DNA of 64,000 nucleotides, taken from positions 1,536,001-1,600,000 of the forward strand of contig OZ242351.1 in NCBI GenBank assembly GCA_965208675.1. Direction: 5' to 3'. The notes beneath the pieces are model-generated. The model was not told the DNA's origin and did no database searches. It saw nothing but the letters and a program-made list of their open reading frames with translations. Origin of the DNA: Candidatus Poribacteria bacterium (lineage in GTDB: Bacteria; Poribacteria; WGA-4E; PCPOR2b). The translations under genes were made by a program, and so were the position numbers. This document shows, piece by piece, positions 18,208 through 29,232 of this stretch (position 1 is its first letter; each line of letters starts with the position of its first letter).

Positions 18208-19428
18208 TTACGGCTTAATCAGTTTATGGAACTGCGCCTCGCCGTTGACGATTCGGTTAATCACGGCGCTCTTAGCTGCATGGCGATTTTCATCATAGGC
18301 TGAGAGCAAAGTTGCCCCGCTGTAGTTCTCGGTTGCGGCGATCTGGTCGCGAATCGCCGTTGGTGTCAGTTCGTCTGCACGCCGCATGGCTTGAACGACG
18401 ATTCTGAGCGCATCGTATCCGAGCGCCGCACCCCCGTCCGGCGCCTTGCCGAAGATCGCTGCGTAGGCGGTAAAGAATTGATGCCCTTCTTCACTCAAAT
18501 CGCCGGATGGAACATTGGCGGAAAAGAAGGTTGAGAAAAAACTCCCTTCAAGCAGTTCTGCATTTTCGGCGATTAACGGCGCATTATCCCAACTATCACC
18601 GCCGAGCAATATCCCCGTAATGCCGAGCGTTTTCGCTTGTTCAACCACCAATGGGATTTCGGCGGAGAACCCCGGCAGGAAAAACACGTCAGGGGCGGAT
18701 TCAGCGATTTCGGTCAATTGCGCCGTAAATTCGGTATCGCCCCTCATATAAAATTGCGCGTGCAGCACATCGCCCCCAAATGCTGTAAAGTTGTCGACGA
18801 AGGTTTGCGATAAACCTTCCGAATAGAGAGAGCCGCTGCGCGTAAAGACTGCGGCGGTTTTTGCCTCCAAATCTTGGATGGCAAATTGAGCCATCACTTT
18901 TCCCTGAAAATCGTCGGTGAACGCCGCCATAAACACAAAATCGCTCGCAGCGGTAACGGTTGGATTGGTCGCGGTAGTCGTCACCATCGGTATCCCGTGC
19001 TGTTGCGCAATCTCCCCAATGGGTACAGCGTAGGAAGAGAGGTTGGGACCGACTATTGCTGACACCCTCTCTTGGGTAATCAACTCCTCCGCTATCGCCG
19101 CGGCATGTTCGGCGTCGCTTATGTTCCCGCGGGCAACGATTGCAATCTCCTGTCCGTGCACGCCGCCCGCACCGTTCACTTGCAGCGCCGCCAATTCTGC
19201 GCCGTTCAATGTGTGGCTGCGCGTTGGGCTGCTGTAAATAACGCCGATTTTGATTGGAGCGTCGTCATCAGACTCTGGCAACGGCGTGAGCACCTGTCGG
19301 AATTGCTCGCACCCGGTAAGCGGCATAAAGATGCCGATCGCTAAGATGAAGAACGCCGCCGCATAAGTAAAACACGCCAAATCCTTGTGCCATCTAATCA
19401 CAGTTTTATTTGTTCCTTGAAATGTCAA
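18208..19428 (-). CDS. LivJ/LivK-like ABC substrate-binding lipoprotein (tandem paralog)
   Basis: Lipobox LTGC; same motifs as the neighbour (TATNPTVT, FTDDFQG, LGGDSWD, ALGYDA). Confidence 0.88.
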   Translation of the reverse strand: MTFQGTNKTVIRWHKDLACFTYAAAFFILAIGIFMPLTGCEQFRQVLTPLPESDDDAPIKIGVIYSSPTRSHTLNGAELAALQVNGAGGVHGQEIAIVARGNISDAEHAAAIAEELITQERVSAIVGPNLSSYAVPIGEIAQQHGIPMVTTTATNPTVTAASDFVFMAAFTDDFQGKVMAQFAIQDLEAKTAAVFTRSGSLYSEGLSQTFVDNFTAFGGDVLHAQFYMRGDTEFTAQLTEIAESAPDVFFLPGFSAEIPLVVEQAKTLGITGILLGGDSWDNAPLIAENAELLEGSFFSTFFSANVPSGDLSEEGHQFFTAYAAIFGKAPDGGAALGYDALRIVVQAMRRADELTPTAIRDQIAATENYSGATLLSAYDENRHAAKSAVINRIVNGEAQFHKLIKP

Positions 19429-19510
19429 TGAATCTCCCCTTTTTCAGTTTGTATGTTTCTTCAGATTCTACGAAATGCAATATTATTGAGTATAGACCAG
19501 TTTCATTGGG

Positions 19511-20344
19511 TTATCTCAAAACAACGTTAATCCGCAAATCAGCGGATTGGCTTACGAAATCCGACGTAACTTCCACGCCCAAATCGGGAAAAGGTGTAAT
19601 CCATTTTCCTTTCGTGAAGCTAGTGTAGCGCCCTTCAACTTCAAGCCAACAGTCGTCCCACATTTTCTTCTCCACACCGACGCCACTCGTCCATGCTGTG
19701 GAATAAAAATCCTTGGCAGCTCTACCGGATTCATAGCCGCCAATGCCGCAAGGCTCCGGATTGAAACACCCGTTGTAGTAGGCATCAAGCCGCGACTTGG
19801 CGAGGCGGACGCCTGCAATTACGTAAACGCCAGCTTTCCACGACCGCAGTGTTCCGGGACTAGCACCTAGCTTTAACGCCAGCCCGTAGCTATTGATCCT
19901 TTGAAACGTCCATTGCTCGGACCAACTCTCCCCAAGTTGGTTTGGGGCTTCAGATGTTCCCTCTTCCTCGATAGTTCCGTAAACGCTGCCGCCGTGGTAC
20001 AGGTAGTCAAACTCGCCGCTGAAGAAAAAAACGTCCTTACCGAATGGCATACGGTAGCCGATCTGGTAACCAAGTCCGTTAATGCCACCATCCGTGTTTG
20101 ATTCTGCACGATTTACCTTACCCTTTTGAGTCGACACATTCCGCGGATGTGTATTGTCGACAGTCTTGTTGTAATGGGCATCAATAAATTCCCCTGCTGA
20201 TATAAAACCGCCATATGGACCTGCGTGCGGATGTGTAAACCCTAAGCACGAAATTAACATGAAGCAGCAGCAAGTTCCAGTCAAAATGTTATGGCTCGAA
20301 AGGACGCAATTTCGCAAATCTGTTTTGTTGAACCCTTTAATCAT
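19511..20344 (-). CDS. putative outer-membrane beta-barrel protein
   Basis: Alternating amphipathic strands GYQIGYRM, FSGEFDY, YGLALKLG, VYVIAGV, GVGVEKK, LEVEGRY; N-terminal hydrophobic segment. Confidence 0.6.
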   Translation of the reverse strand: MIKGFNKTDLRNCVLSSHNILTGTCCCFMLISCLGFTHPHAGPYGGFISAGEFIDAHYNKTVDNTHPRNVSTQKGKVNRAESNTDGGINGLGYQIGYRMPFGKDVFFFSGEFDYLYHGGSVYGTIEEEGTSEAPNQLGESWSEQWTFQRINSYGLALKLGASPGTLRSWKAGVYVIAGVRLAKSRLDAYYNGCFNPEPCGIGGYESGRAAKDFYSTAWTSGVGVEKKMWDDCWLEVEGRYTSFTKGKWITPFPDLGVEVTSDFVSQSADLRINVVLR

Positions 20345-20722
20345 ATCAATCCCGTTCCAATAAAGATTAAAAACCTAATCTTCACTCCTTCAAATCATTA
20401 AAGCGGTTACAACTTTGCGATATTATATATACATCCTAAAATAAATGCAAGTGCATAGGGTGACGCACTGCGCATGCGGAGTATGGCTGTATGCTAATGC
20501 CTTGGCCCTCCGATCCAGCGGTTACGGTGAGGTTTTTCGCCACTCAAATGCGGCGAAGCAGGGACGAAAAGACAGGATTCAATGAGCCAATCGGTGTATG
20601 GGCAACTCATCCCTCTCAACCCACCGCTACCCATGTTGAATTATTGATTGTATTCTTAAAACTATGATAAAATAGAAGCGATTGACCATCCCAATCAAAT
20701 TTAGGATAGGAAGGAGATATCC

Positions 20723-21358
20723 ATGACGACTTCCAATGCGCCGCAGATAAAGCAGATTGAAGCGAAAGCATCCGTCTGCACCGATTGCGGGCTGTCCGAG
20801 ACCCGCACACAAGTTGTGTTTGGCGAAGGAAACGCCGACGCGGCGTTAACATTGGTTGGTGAGGGGCCTGGTGATCAAGAAGATAGGCGTGGACGGCCAT
20901 TCGTCGGCAAGGCGGGAAAGCTACTCGATGAAGTCATGGCAGACGCTCAAATCAGAAGGGAGGACATCTGGCTCACCAATGTCATCAAATGCCGCGCCTG
21001 CGTCACGGAAGACGGTTTCACGCGGAACCGCCCGCCAAAGATGGAGGAGATAAAAGCCTGCCATCAATGGCTGGATGCAGAACTTAACTTAATTCAACCG
21101 GCTGTAATTGTTTGTATCGGTGCGCCAGCCGCGAACCGGCTGATTCATAGGAATTTCAAGATGACTCAAGAACACGGGCGTTGGTTCACAGATACCCAAT
21201 ACGCGCCGTTCGCCATTGCCGCACTGCATCCAGCGTATGTCTTACGCCTTCACGGCGACGATTTCACCGCCGCGCGCCAATACCTGGTGGAAGATCTCAT
21301 TAAAGCGCGAGAGAAGGCGGAGGACGCGCCGCAACGCCAACAGTTAACGCTGTTTTGA
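20723..21358 (+). CDS. uracil-DNA glycosylase family 4
   Basis: CxxC Fe-S ligands, GEGPGDQED, GRPFVGKAG, TNVIKC, HPAY; SD AAGGAGA. Confidence 0.92.
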   Translation: MTTSNAPQIKQIEAKASVCTDCGLSETRTQVVFGEGNADAALTLVGEGPGDQEDRRGRPFVGKAGKLLDEVMADAQIRREDIWLTNVIKCRACVTEDGFTRNRPPKMEEIKACHQWLDAELNLIQPAVIVCIGAPAANRLIHRNFKMTQEHGRWFTDTQYAPFAIAALHPAYVLRLHGDDFTAARQYLVEDLIKAREKAEDAPQRQQLTLF

Positions 21359-21528
21359 GAATCGCGCGCTCGTCGGCGGTTTAACGTAGACTTCACAATC
21401 CTAACCGTTTACAGCAAAGTGCGGATTGAGGAATACGTCCTATCCAATCGCCATGTCGAGATTTACAGAACACAAGCGAATTGCAAGCGCGTTCCTGCTA
21501 TACCTCGTCGTTGTATTATCATAAATTT

Positions 21529-23570
<2,042 letters not shown>

Positions 23571-23592
23571 CAGGTTCTGGGAGCATGAAAAA

Positions 23593-24633
23593 TTGCCAGA
23601 AAACACGCCGTTGTACCCGTTAAAATTCGAGCCCATCTACAAGGAAAAGGTCTGGGGCGGAAGAGGTTTAGAAAAGCTTGGGCGAAAACTTCCGGGAAGT
23701 GCGAGCACACGTATCGGCGAATCGTGGGAGGTGGCTGATCTCGGTGTAAGCTCACCTTCTGTGGGCGGCGGCTCTACTCGCTCAATCGTAAACAACGGTC
23801 AATTTCTCGGCACTTCGTTGCACGAACTCATCGCGCGATACGGCGTGAAACTTCTGGGGCGGTTGTCGCCCGGCGTCTCGGGCAATTTCCCTTATTTGTT
23901 CAAATACATCGACATTCGCGAGAACGTGTCTGTGCAGGTACATCCCACTTCTGCGTATGTCCGCAGCCACCCTAAAGCATACGTAAAACATGAAGCGTGG
24001 TACATCGTGGATGCAAAACCGGGAGCGGTCGTCTATAAAGGTATCGGCGAAGGTGTGACACCCCGGCAGTTTCGCGGCGCCATCGCATCCGGAACGGCTC
24101 ACGAGGTTGAAGCAACGCTGATTAAAGTGCCGGCGAAGCGCGGCGACTGCCACTACCTGCCGAGCGGCACCTGCCATGCGGCTGGTGCGGGCGTGCTATT
24201 AGCCGAAATTCAGAACGCCAGCGACACGACGTTCCGCATGTACGATTGGGGCCGAACAGACCGCGAGCTGCATATTGAGCAGGCGATGCAGTGTATCGAG
24301 TTCGGCCCGCCGGATGTTAGCCAATATGAAAGGCACCTAAATAAGCCGAGCCGGTTTTCCGAAGCCGTACAACTGCTTGCGTGCGAACACTTTCGTATTC
24401 ATAAGGTTCACGCAACCCGAAACGCGGCGCGGGAATTGTCATTCAATCAAACCACCGTCTGGATGGTGCTTGAAGGCAGCGGACGAATCGACCCTAACAA
24501 CGGCGCCGCGCCTGTCGAGTTCTCTCGCGGCGAAACACTCTTTATTCCGGCAAGTCTTTTTGATGTTCAAATCGAGATATTTCAAGATGCGGTCTGGCTT
24601 GAAATTACCTTTCCACCAACTTCAGCGGCATGA
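23593..24633 (+). CDS. manA: mannose-6-phosphate isomerase, class I
   Basis: KEKVWGG, IGESWE, SVQVHP, KHEAWY, GTCHA, EIQNASDTTFRMYDWGR. Confidence 0.9.
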   Translation: MPENTPLYPLKFEPIYKEKVWGGRGLEKLGRKLPGSASTRIGESWEVADLGVSSPSVGGGSTRSIVNNGQFLGTSLHELIARYGVKLLGRLSPGVSGNFPYLFKYIDIRENVSVQVHPTSAYVRSHPKAYVKHEAWYIVDAKPGAVVYKGIGEGVTPRQFRGAIASGTAHEVEATLIKVPAKRGDCHYLPSGTCHAAGAGVLLAEIQNASDTTFRMYDWGRTDRELHIEQAMQCIEFGPPDVSQYERHLNKPSRFSEAVQLLACEHFRIHKVHATRNAARELSFNQTTVWMVLEGSGRIDPNNGAAPVEFSRGETLFIPASLFDVQIEIFQDAVWLEITFPPTSAA

Positions 24634-24783
24634 TATTGACATAAAAAATAATTTAATCTTCTGTTCAACAGACGAATCTGGATAATTCTTGGCGGTTTCG
24701 ACTTTGATTGTTGATGGACGAACGTTTGCAGTCTATTCCTGAGGTTGCCTTCAGCATTAAATTCAGATGAAGGAGGGCTAACA

Positions 24784-25527
24784 TTGACAGAACAGCAAAA
24801 ATATCTCTTTGACTTGCAGGGGTACATTGTATTGAAAGATGTGGTACCGTTAGACATCGTTGAGGCGTGCAACCGCGTGCTGGACCGATTTGAAAATATG
24901 CCGCCGGAGGAGTTTCCGGTTCCTCTCGTTCTCGGAACACCAAAAACAGAGAAAGAACTTTACATCTCAAATATCCTTGAGAGCGACCCGGCTTTTATTC
25001 CGCTGATTGACATCCCCGAAGTACTGTCCATCATCGAAGGCGTCACCGGCGGCGAGTACCGCCTGAATCATACTTATACCATCTACCGGTGGAAAGATGG
25101 ATATACACCGATGCATATGCACGCCACTCCAATTATCTCCAAATGCCAATACCACTGCCGCAACGGTCAGATGGTTTCCACCTTAACCAAAGCAGTGTTT
25201 CCAATGATTGATTGCCATGTCGAGGACGGTAGCTTTGCAGCTATACCGGGCGCGCACAAGAGCAATTTTCCGAGGCCGTGGGGCGAGCATCCGGACGAAA
25301 ATCCGGTCTTGACGCCGATACCCGCAAATGCGGGCGATGCAATAATTTTTACCGAAGCTTTAACGCACGGCTCAGTGATGAACACTTCAGGCCGCCGAAG
25401 ACGAACTGTTTACTACTGTTACAGCATCGGCTATATGCCCGACTGGGGCGGCCAGGGACTCGTCTTCAGCGACCAGGTCATGGAGTCCCTTAACGCGGCG
25501 CAGCAGGAGATTCTTCGGTTGAAGTAG
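24784..25527 (+). CDS. phytanoyl-CoA dioxygenase (PhyH) family Fe(II)/2OG enzyme
   Basis: FDLQGYIVLKDV, IPGAHK, AGDAIIFTEALTHG, RRT; TTG 24784 follows SD GAAGGAGG (ORF track start 24745). Confidence 0.85.
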   Translation: MTEQQKYLFDLQGYIVLKDVVPLDIVEACNRVLDRFENMPPEEFPVPLVLGTPKTEKELYISNILESDPAFIPLIDIPEVLSIIEGVTGGEYRLNHTYTIYRWKDGYTPMHMHATPIISKCQYHCRNGQMVSTLTKAVFPMIDCHVEDGSFAAIPGAHKSNFPRPWGEHPDENPVLTPIPANAGDAIIFTEALTHGSVMNTSGRRRRTVYYCYSIGYMPDWGGQGLVFSDQVMESLNAAQQEILRLK

Positions 25528-25626
25528 GTATGTTTAATCCGACTTTCAGTCGGCGAAGGCAATGCCTGATTCCACAGTCCACATCGGACATGAGGCACAA
25601 CTAGAACGAAACTAGAGGCTACGAAC

Positions 25627-27663
25627 ATGGCAGAAATTTCATCGGTCAAGGCGCGTGTGTGGATGAGCTACGTGAACGTAGTCAACGGCGTGGACGAAGA
25701 CTTCCGTGACATGAAAGCCCACGGTATCGAAGGCGTGGAGATTAACATGTATCCTGCGATATGGGTGGGCGACGAGATCGACCTGAATCAGGCGTTAGCA
25801 TGCGCCCGAAAATACGGTATGCAGCTTGCATTTACGATCGAGAACATCACGCTTCGTGCCGACCGTGTCACTGCACACGGCATTACGCCAACGCCGTGCG
25901 TTATGATTGGCGGCGCATATAATGGAAAAGCAATAGATTGGAATCGGTTCTCTTTCGCGCCTGAACGGCAGGAAATAACGATTGAGAAGCCGGTTTTCGG
26001 CAGCGACTGGACGCTCGGAAACGGCAGTTACTACGCCGAACTATTGCCGCCGCATCATGCGGAGGTCGTCGTCAAGGAGAAGGATTACGACGGCCGGCAA
26101 CACTTGGCAATAATTCCTGCGTCGATTCAGGTCGATGGCGAACACACTTATCGTATGCAGTTTGATCTGTCCGGCGCACGGGGTGATCTTGACAATGTCA
26201 TGCTGGCAGTCTATTGGCGGATGCGCGGCCCCATTTTCGAGCAGCCGCAGCCTGCAAACTATTTCGGCAACACAGCAAGTCCCCACGCGGCTGGTACCGC
26301 CGAGGGGCTTCGTGCACAGCTTAGATACGAGATTGGGAGGTGGGCGGAGGCAAACGGCGGCGAATTTCCCGCCGATATTGTCATGGGAGTGCGTATCGGC
26401 GACGAGGATTTTTTGCAGACGGTGCCGAACGGTCCTGCGAATCCAGCTCAGTCGATGCCGCTATGGGACTATTCAGACGATGCCATTACTGCCTTCAAAC
26501 GATTGAATCCCGACGACACCTATCCGCGGCATTGGACGTTTCGTGAGGCGTTCGGCGAGCGTGCTTACGCCGATTGGATGTGGTCTTGCCACCGCGCCTG
26601 TGCAAATCTTCTACGAACTGCAAAGGATACGCTGCACCAAGAAGGTCTCGAGTCGCTAAGAATTTATCGGAATCTTACACGCTGCAACACCTTCTACGTA
26701 GGAAACGATCACGGCGGCATTGGGCTTGATATGTGCGCGCGCGAGATGGACATTGTTTCCGCAGACCCCTACCCGGCCTCGGACCGCGGCTACAACGACA
26801 GTTCAATTCCGAGGGATGTGAGTTACGTCGCCGGTCTTGCCCGCCGGCATCGGAAAGAACTAATGCCGTGGATGCAGGGCCATGAAATTCAACACCCGTC
26901 CGTCGCGCATCTCAATCGGCTCTATGAGCAGCACGTTGCCCAAACGCCGACGCGGATAATGTATTTGGGCTATGGAAATCGTGAGCGGCCTCCAAAAGGC
27001 ACGGCTGCCACCTTTCCGGGCGGGAATCCGGACTCATGGGAGGAATCACGGCGGCTGAATAACCAGTTCCGCCAACGCGCCAGTAGACATGTAAACGCAC
27101 GCGTTGCCGCCGTACGCGACTATCATGTGTGGAGCCTAAACTCTTTCGGTGAAGTGGACTGCCTTGACCGGCTATTCACGGACATTCTCGGTGAAATATC
27201 CGATCCGCACGGAACACCGTTCGACCCGATAGAGGTTCGTTCGCTTGACGCACTCGATTGGGGAGAGCTTGCGCATTACAGTATCGTGGTTGCCGCTCTG
27301 CCGCACAAGGTGCCCCAGCATTGCTGGCGCCGGTTTGCAGAATTACCCGGCAAGTGTGTATTGCTTGCTTCCGACTGTGGAACGCTCGCGAACGATGAAG
27401 GAACGACCGGCGTCCGTTTTTCAGGTGAGATTGCGCACGGCGGCGAGGTCTCAATGATTAACGGGATTGCCCTGCCGAGCTTGTACGTCCGTCCTGTTGA
27501 GGTTCGCCCCGACGTTCACAGCCTCGGAGTATACGGCGGGAAGACTTGCATTTGGCGGGTAGGCTCCATCCTCTTTTCCAGCGCACGGATACGGCACGAG
27601 GCGGTACCGCAATTCGTCGAATGGCTGGACGGGTGTGAGTGCCCCGAGTTAATAGACGGTTAA
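25627..27663 (+). CDS. hypothetical protein, possibly a TIM-barrel glycoside hydrolase
   Basis: 678-aa ORF with GAGG SD; DFRDMKAHGIEGV, GVRIGDE, DYSDDAITAF, DIVSADPYP, PWMQG resemble clan GH-A / GH42-like barrels; weak. Confidence 0.6.
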   Translation: MAEISSVKARVWMSYVNVVNGVDEDFRDMKAHGIEGVEINMYPAIWVGDEIDLNQALACARKYGMQLAFTIENITLRADRVTAHGITPTPCVMIGGAYNGKAIDWNRFSFAPERQEITIEKPVFGSDWTLGNGSYYAELLPPHHAEVVVKEKDYDGRQHLAIIPASIQVDGEHTYRMQFDLSGARGDLDNVMLAVYWRMRGPIFEQPQPANYFGNTASPHAAGTAEGLRAQLRYEIGRWAEANGGEFPADIVMGVRIGDEDFLQTVPNGPANPAQSMPLWDYSDDAITAFKRLNPDDTYPRHWTFREAFGERAYADWMWSCHRACANLLRTAKDTLHQEGLESLRIYRNLTRCNTFYVGNDHGGIGLDMCAREMDIVSADPYPASDRGYNDSSIPRDVSYVAGLARRHRKELMPWMQGHEIQHPSVAHLNRLYEQHVAQTPTRIMYLGYGNRERPPKGTAATFPGGNPDSWEESRRLNNQFRQRASRHVNARVAAVRDYHVWSLNSFGEVDCLDRLFTDILGEISDPHGTPFDPIEVRSLDALDWGELAHYSIVVAALPHKVPQHCWRRFAELPGKCVLLASDCGTLANDEGTTGVRFSGEIAHGGEVSMINGIALPSLYVRPVEVRPDVHSLGVYGGKTCIWRVGSILFSSARIRHEAVPQFVEWLDGCECPELIDG

Positions 27664-27685
27664 AACCGAAGCAATATCAGTGCTG

Positions 27686-29161
27686 TCAGGCGCCCTTAAT
27701 AGCATATTCCTCCATCTTGGAATGCAGCGTGTTTCGATTGATTCCGAGGAGTTCTGCTGCCTTGCTGCGATTCCAACCTGTCCGCTCAAGAACAATTCTA
27801 AATAACGCCTTCTCAAAACCAGCGCGAATCTCCGTGTAGAGCAAGCCATCAGTTCTTTCAGATTCTATGTACTCGTCAACGCGTTCCGTAATCATGGCTT
27901 TTAACTGTGTGCCGTAGCTTGTATCCGCCTCGCCAGCGGAAGAAACCGTGCCCGTGGCAAGCTGTGGAAAATGTTCCGGCAGAAGTACGTGACCCGAGCA
28001 CATCACCAATGCGCGTTTGAGCGTATTTTCCAATTCTCGCACGTTTCCGGGCCAATCGTAATTCACTAGCATTTCAAATGCTTCAGGAGAGATTGACGCT
28101 TCTGGAAGATTATAATCTCCGGCAAAGCGGCGAATAAACGAATCGATAAGATCCCGAATATCCTGTTTCCGTTCGCGCAGCGGGGGCAGATAGATTGGGA
28201 CAACATTGAGCCGATAGAACAAATCTTCACGAAATGCGCCTTTTTGGATAGCTACATCGAGCTGCCGGTTCGTCGCAGCGATAACGCGCACGTCAACGTG
28301 ACTCGACACATTTGACCCAACTGGCTCAACCTCGCGTTCCTGTAGCACACGCAATAATTTCATCTGCACTTCTGTAGGCAGCTCACCCACCTCGTCCAGA
28401 AAGATTGTCCCGCCATGAGCTTGTTTAAATTTACCTTGCCGGTCAGCATCCGCCCCAGTGAATGCGCCCCTGACATGCCCGAACAGGGTGCTTTCGATTA
28501 AGCCCGGCGGAACCGCGCTACAATCAACCACAACAAAGGATGCTTCTGCTCTCCTGCTGTTCTGGTGGATTGCGCGGGCAACCAACTCCTTCCCGGTACC
28601 GCTCTCACCCATGATAAGCATGGTTTCATCAAGCATCGCCGCCCGTCCAATGATTTGAAAAACCACATGCATCGCCGGACTTTCACCCACAATTTGAAAT
28701 CTTGCGTCTTCTTCAGAAGACGATGCGGCGGCGGTATCGGTATTCAGAGTGCGTTCCTGATTGGATTCTAAACCTGCAAGTGTCTGCTTTGCTTGATTAG
28801 CGGCATATGCAGCTCGAGCCACGAGATCGGTTACGGCTATAATGTCAAAAGGCTTGGTAATATAGTCGTAGGTGCGCCGTTTGGCGGCTTCGATGGCGAT
28901 TTGCGTCGTGCCATGCGCCGTAACGATTATAATCGAGACTGTTGAGTTTATTCCTTGGATCGTCTCAATCAGATCCAGCCCATTAGCATCAGGCATGAAG
29001 ATATCAAGCAGTATCACGTCAATCGGTTTTGACCGCAGCAGGTCAACTGTCTCGCTGCCGTTGCGCGCACAGAATATGCGGTAACCCTCTTTCTGAAGGG
29101 CTTTCGTCAGTACAAAACGAATGCTTTCGTCATCGTCAGCGATGAGAATTGAGTGGTTCAT
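27686..29161 (-). CDS. sigma-54-dependent response regulator (NtrC family)
   Basis: REC domain (ADDDE, LLDIFMP, KPFD), GESGTGKE, GAFTGA, LDEVGE, WPGNVRELEN, Fis-type HTH. Confidence 0.95.
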   Translation of the reverse strand: MNHSILIADDDESIRFVLTKALQKEGYRIFCARNGSETVDLLRSKPIDVILLDIFMPDANGLDLIETIQGINSTVSIIIVTAHGTTQIAIEAAKRRTYDYITKPFDIIAVTDLVARAAYAANQAKQTLAGLESNQERTLNTDTAAASSSEEDARFQIVGESPAMHVVFQIIGRAAMLDETMLIMGESGTGKELVARAIHQNSRRAEASFVVVDCSAVPPGLIESTLFGHVRGAFTGADADRQGKFKQAHGGTIFLDEVGELPTEVQMKLLRVLQEREVEPVGSNVSSHVDVRVIAATNRQLDVAIQKGAFREDLFYRLNVVPIYLPPLRERKQDIRDLIDSFIRRFAGDYNLPEASISPEAFEMLVNYDWPGNVRELENTLKRALVMCSGHVLLPEHFPQLATGTVSSAGEADTSYGTQLKAMITERVDEYIESERTDGLLYTEIRAGFEKALFRIVLERTGWNRSKAAELLGINRNTLHSKMEEYAIKGA

Positions 29162-29232
29162 GAGTATTCACTTTAGCGCGCGGATTTGCGTTAGGCAATC
29201 CGTGCCAATCTTGAGATTCGAGCGTTCCGGTA

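Noticed and set aside
20723-21358. UdgX (covalent uracil-DNA binding) assignment
   Set aside because: The loop reads VTEDGFTRNRPP and lacks the KRRIH signature.
29193-29208. TGGCAC...TTGC on the minus strand upstream of the NtrC-like gene as a sigma54 promoter
   Set aside because: Spacing is GG-N8-GC rather than the strict GG-N10-GC.
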